Assembly: GCF_036321535.1 (NCBI RefSeq)
Contig: NC_087436.1
Coordinates: 6,076,001 to 6,140,000 of the forward strand
Length of the DNA stretch: 64,000 bases
Direction of reading: 5' to 3'
From: Camelus dromedarius
Lineage: Eukaryota
Position 1 is the first letter of the stretch. Each line of letters begins with the position of its first letter. Below, piece after piece: positions 61,018 through 64,000 of the stretch. The notes below the pieces were generated by a model. The model was given only the letters and a program-made list of their open reading frames with translations, ran no database searches and was not told the DNA's origin. The translations under genes were made by a program, and so were the position numbers.

Positions 61018-61883
61018 CCGGCAGGCATGTTTGAATTTGGGAGTAAAGGGGACAGGTTGGGGGCTAGACGAAGTCGGGCTTTATAGACTGTCCATGTTTT
61101 TGTAAACACACCAGTCTGTCTAAGTTTAGTTGATTTGGCGTTTCTGGGACAGCAGGACTGTTTCCCATTCAGGCCTGTGTCACCTGCTCCTGAACCCTGA
61201 GTGCCCCCAAGTAACTGGGAGTTTAGAACAACACTGGAAAAACAGGATCTAAGTATTGTGCCCCATAGAGACACCTGCGTGTCGGGACACCCCCTCAACA
61301 GCACCACCGTCTCTCCATTGGTGAGAAGCACACACTTGTACAAACTCGAAGACGTTTACAAGAAGCCACCTTCAGTGGGAACCAGAAGCCCACAGTGAGC
61401 AACAGGGCCTCTCCAACCACCCCCGCTACCGCACCCCACTGCGGGCTCCGCTGCAGGGTGGTCTATGTGATCTGTACCTGCGGCTTCTGATGATTCAGGC
61501 TCCTCCTCTCATCTGAGAGTGATTTGCTGGTCCCTTCTGTTAGAACCCGTGGTTCCAGCCACTTGTGTCCAATTATACAGCTCCGTACACCCCATCTGCT
61601 CATTGCCACCCGGGCTCTGCCTCTTTCCACGACTCAGCACATCTTAGCCGCTCGCTGTAAGCGGAAGCTTCTGGAGTCCCTGCTCTGTCCTGGGCAGCCG
61701 TGAAATGCTAGGAAAGAGCCACTTCGGCTTCATCTATTTAGACCGTGAAAGCAAATCCTTTAGAGAATGTAAAGTATAGTTTCTTTCAACTACAGAGAGG
61801 AAGTGAATCACCCCTGAGCGCAACTCACACTTTGCCTTGCAGATTTTTGTTAATATATATGCGGAGTGATGACGTTTGCTCTT

Positions 61884-62206
61884 TTTTTAAAATTTTTTTT
61901 TATTGAGTTATAGTCAGTTTACAACATTGTGTCAATTTCCAGTGTAGAGCACAGTTTTTCAGTCATACATGAACATACATATATTCATTGTCGCATTCTT
62001 TTTCACCGTGAGTTACCACAAGATCTTGTATACATTTCCCTGTGCTATACAGTATAATCTTGTTTACCTATTCTATATATATCTGTCAGTATCTACAAAT
62101 CTCGAACTCCCCGTCTGTTCTTTCCCACCCCCCGCCCCCCCCGGCAACCACAAGTTTGTATTCTATGTCTATGAGTCTGTTTCTGTTTTGTATTTATGTT
62201 CATTTG
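61884..62206 (-). mobile_element. Young 5'-truncated L1 with 16-bp TSD
   Basis: TSD GATGA(C/T)GTTTGCTCTT at 61868-61883 and 62207-62222; same subfamily as the 19560 and 47612 copies. Confidence 0.93.
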
Positions 62207-64000
62207 GATGATGTTTGCTCTTACAAGCAGATGGAATCAAAAAGGAAAAGAGGGAAGTGCCTAAAAACTGTAAGTTTACGATCCAGATCCACTTTGCTTC
62301 TTGGGACAATTAATCAGAACAGGGGGGTCTTTGAGTTCAGAGTAGTCTGGACGTACGTGAAGCCTTCATCGCCTTCCAGTCATCAGCGTCTGTGTGTGGG
62401 AGGAAAACAGGGGGTTTGGATTCTCCCCAAATCGAACCTGACCAGGCTTGATCCCTTCCACAGACAGATATGAACTATGACAGCCACAGAGCTGAAGGAA
62501 ATTAAATCCAGTTAGTGGAGGAGAAAGCTCTTCATAAATCCAATAAATAAATTAATGGAAAGAAGAGTGAACGGGCCAAGAGTGAACATGTGTCAGGATT
62601 GATTTTTTTTTTAAGCCAAAAAGACATACATTTGTTTGAGGTACCTCTCAAGTGTTTCATCTTAACTGGTGTCAGTTTGTCATGAGGAGAGATTGTTCTT
62701 ACGCGAATTATACTCTTAGCCCTGGAAAGGAATTTTGAAGACAAATTTTCTGCTGGGTTGAAAAAACCAAGACTTAGAGACTCAATGAGCAACAGCAGTC
62801 TAACCTGTCAGTGAGAACACATTTCAAAGCATCATTTTAAAGAAGCTACATATTAATAAGCAAGCAGTTCTCCAATAAAACGCCTATTGAATGTACAAAT
62901 ACCCACTTGCGTTTAAACATTTTTCATAGATTTAGCTTTTCAAACCGTCAAGTAAAAATACAGACAACAGGGAGAAACCAAGCCAAGCAAGAATTATTTT
63001 CAAACACCTGACTCTGTTCCTGCCTCAGTGCCTAGGGCTGAGTTCCTGCAACTCTGGTGGAAAAGACCAGAACCCTGGTTTGGACACTCTTGAGTCCTGA
63101 TGCAGAATCAGGCATCACCTGTCTCCAGGCTTCTTGTGATTTGGGAACAAAATTAAAATGCTTTCTATTGAGTATGCTCTGAGAAGTCTTCTCGGGGACT
63201 TGCAACCAAACCCATCCTTAAATGACCTGCCCCCTGCTACAGGGCAGGTTAGCAAGGTGAAACACACACCCTCAACCAGCAGATATTACGTGAGAACGGG
63301 AAATCCAGGTACCAGGTGTAATCAGAAGCCTGGTGGAGACAGCTGTCGGACCCCAGGGCGGTCTGCCAGCAGAGATCCAGGCTTTGGAGTTGTCAGCACA
63401 GCTTGACATCCTCCGGAGGGAGCAGAGAAGGCAGGAGGGAAGAAGCAAGATCTGGGTGGGGTCTCTTCTGGCTCTAGAAGATAATGCAAAACTATTATCA
63501 GAGCTGAACCAAAGGTCAGCGTTGGTCCGTGAGAAACAGTGCTTCCTGCGCGTGGCTGCCGAAGCTCCCCAAAGCCTTCAAGGACCAGGGGATGAGATAC
63601 AACCAGGGAGCTAGGAATTCCAAATCATCTTATAAACTTTGGAAATAATCAGTGACACAGAGCACCAACCCTACTGATCAGAGGTACAAACAACCAGAGA
63701 TGGTGGTATTGGCATCCACCTGGCTTAGACTTGCTAATAGTTTTATCAGTGATCAATCATCCATTGTGTCTGTTAGACAAAAGTCATCGTGTTGAATTTC
63801 TGCCCTGTTTGTGTTGTCTACGGGGTGGGTGGGAGACTTGAAGCTGGCATGTGGTGCCGTCAGGCCCACCAAGGTCACAGAGTGAGATGGCTGAGGCTCT
63901 GCAGTGAGGGCGAGGGGTGAGGATTTTCCCTTAAGTGTGACTGGCAGCTTTGGCAGGGCTTTACTTTTTTAGTGAGTAAAATAATCAAATTTACATTTTC

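Noticed and set aside
1..64000. Prokaryote-type systems (CRISPR arrays, operons, defence islands)
   Set aside because: The sequence is mammalian (SINEs, L1, L2, LTRs), with no regularly spaced repeat-spacer array and no gene-dense ORFs

Overview
Mammalian genomic DNA, most likely a camelid (alpaca, llama or camel). The evidence is seven copies of a tRNA-derived SINE that matches the camelid Vic-1 type as I recall it, plus lineage-type L1 3' ends and an artiodactyl-type Tigger1 derivative. The window is AT-rich, repeat-rich and intronic or intergenic. I cannot support any intact protein-coding gene, RNA gene or CRISPR array. The ORF track is explained by chance ORFs, microsatellites and decayed L1 or hAT coding remnants. 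Content: six ERV1-like solo LTRs all on the minus strand (two with exact and two with near-exact 4-bp TSDs), about ten L1 fragments, older MaLR/ERVL LTRs, L2/MIR relics, and hAT and Tigger DNA transposons. A GC/CpG-enriched promoter-like element with a strong CTCF motif lies at about 59.7-60.1 kb. The best leads are (i) a possible unannotated minus-strand spliced transcript from that element, whose candidate exons join in one open frame; (ii) a 23-bp inverted duplication inside an L1 with a template-switch signature; (iii) an L1-into-L1 chimera; (iv) the one-sided LTR orientation; and (v) motif clusters resembling immune-inducible enhancers. I found no demonstrable novel system. Repeat family names come from my recollection of consensus sequences, not from a search, and boundaries without a TSD are approximate.
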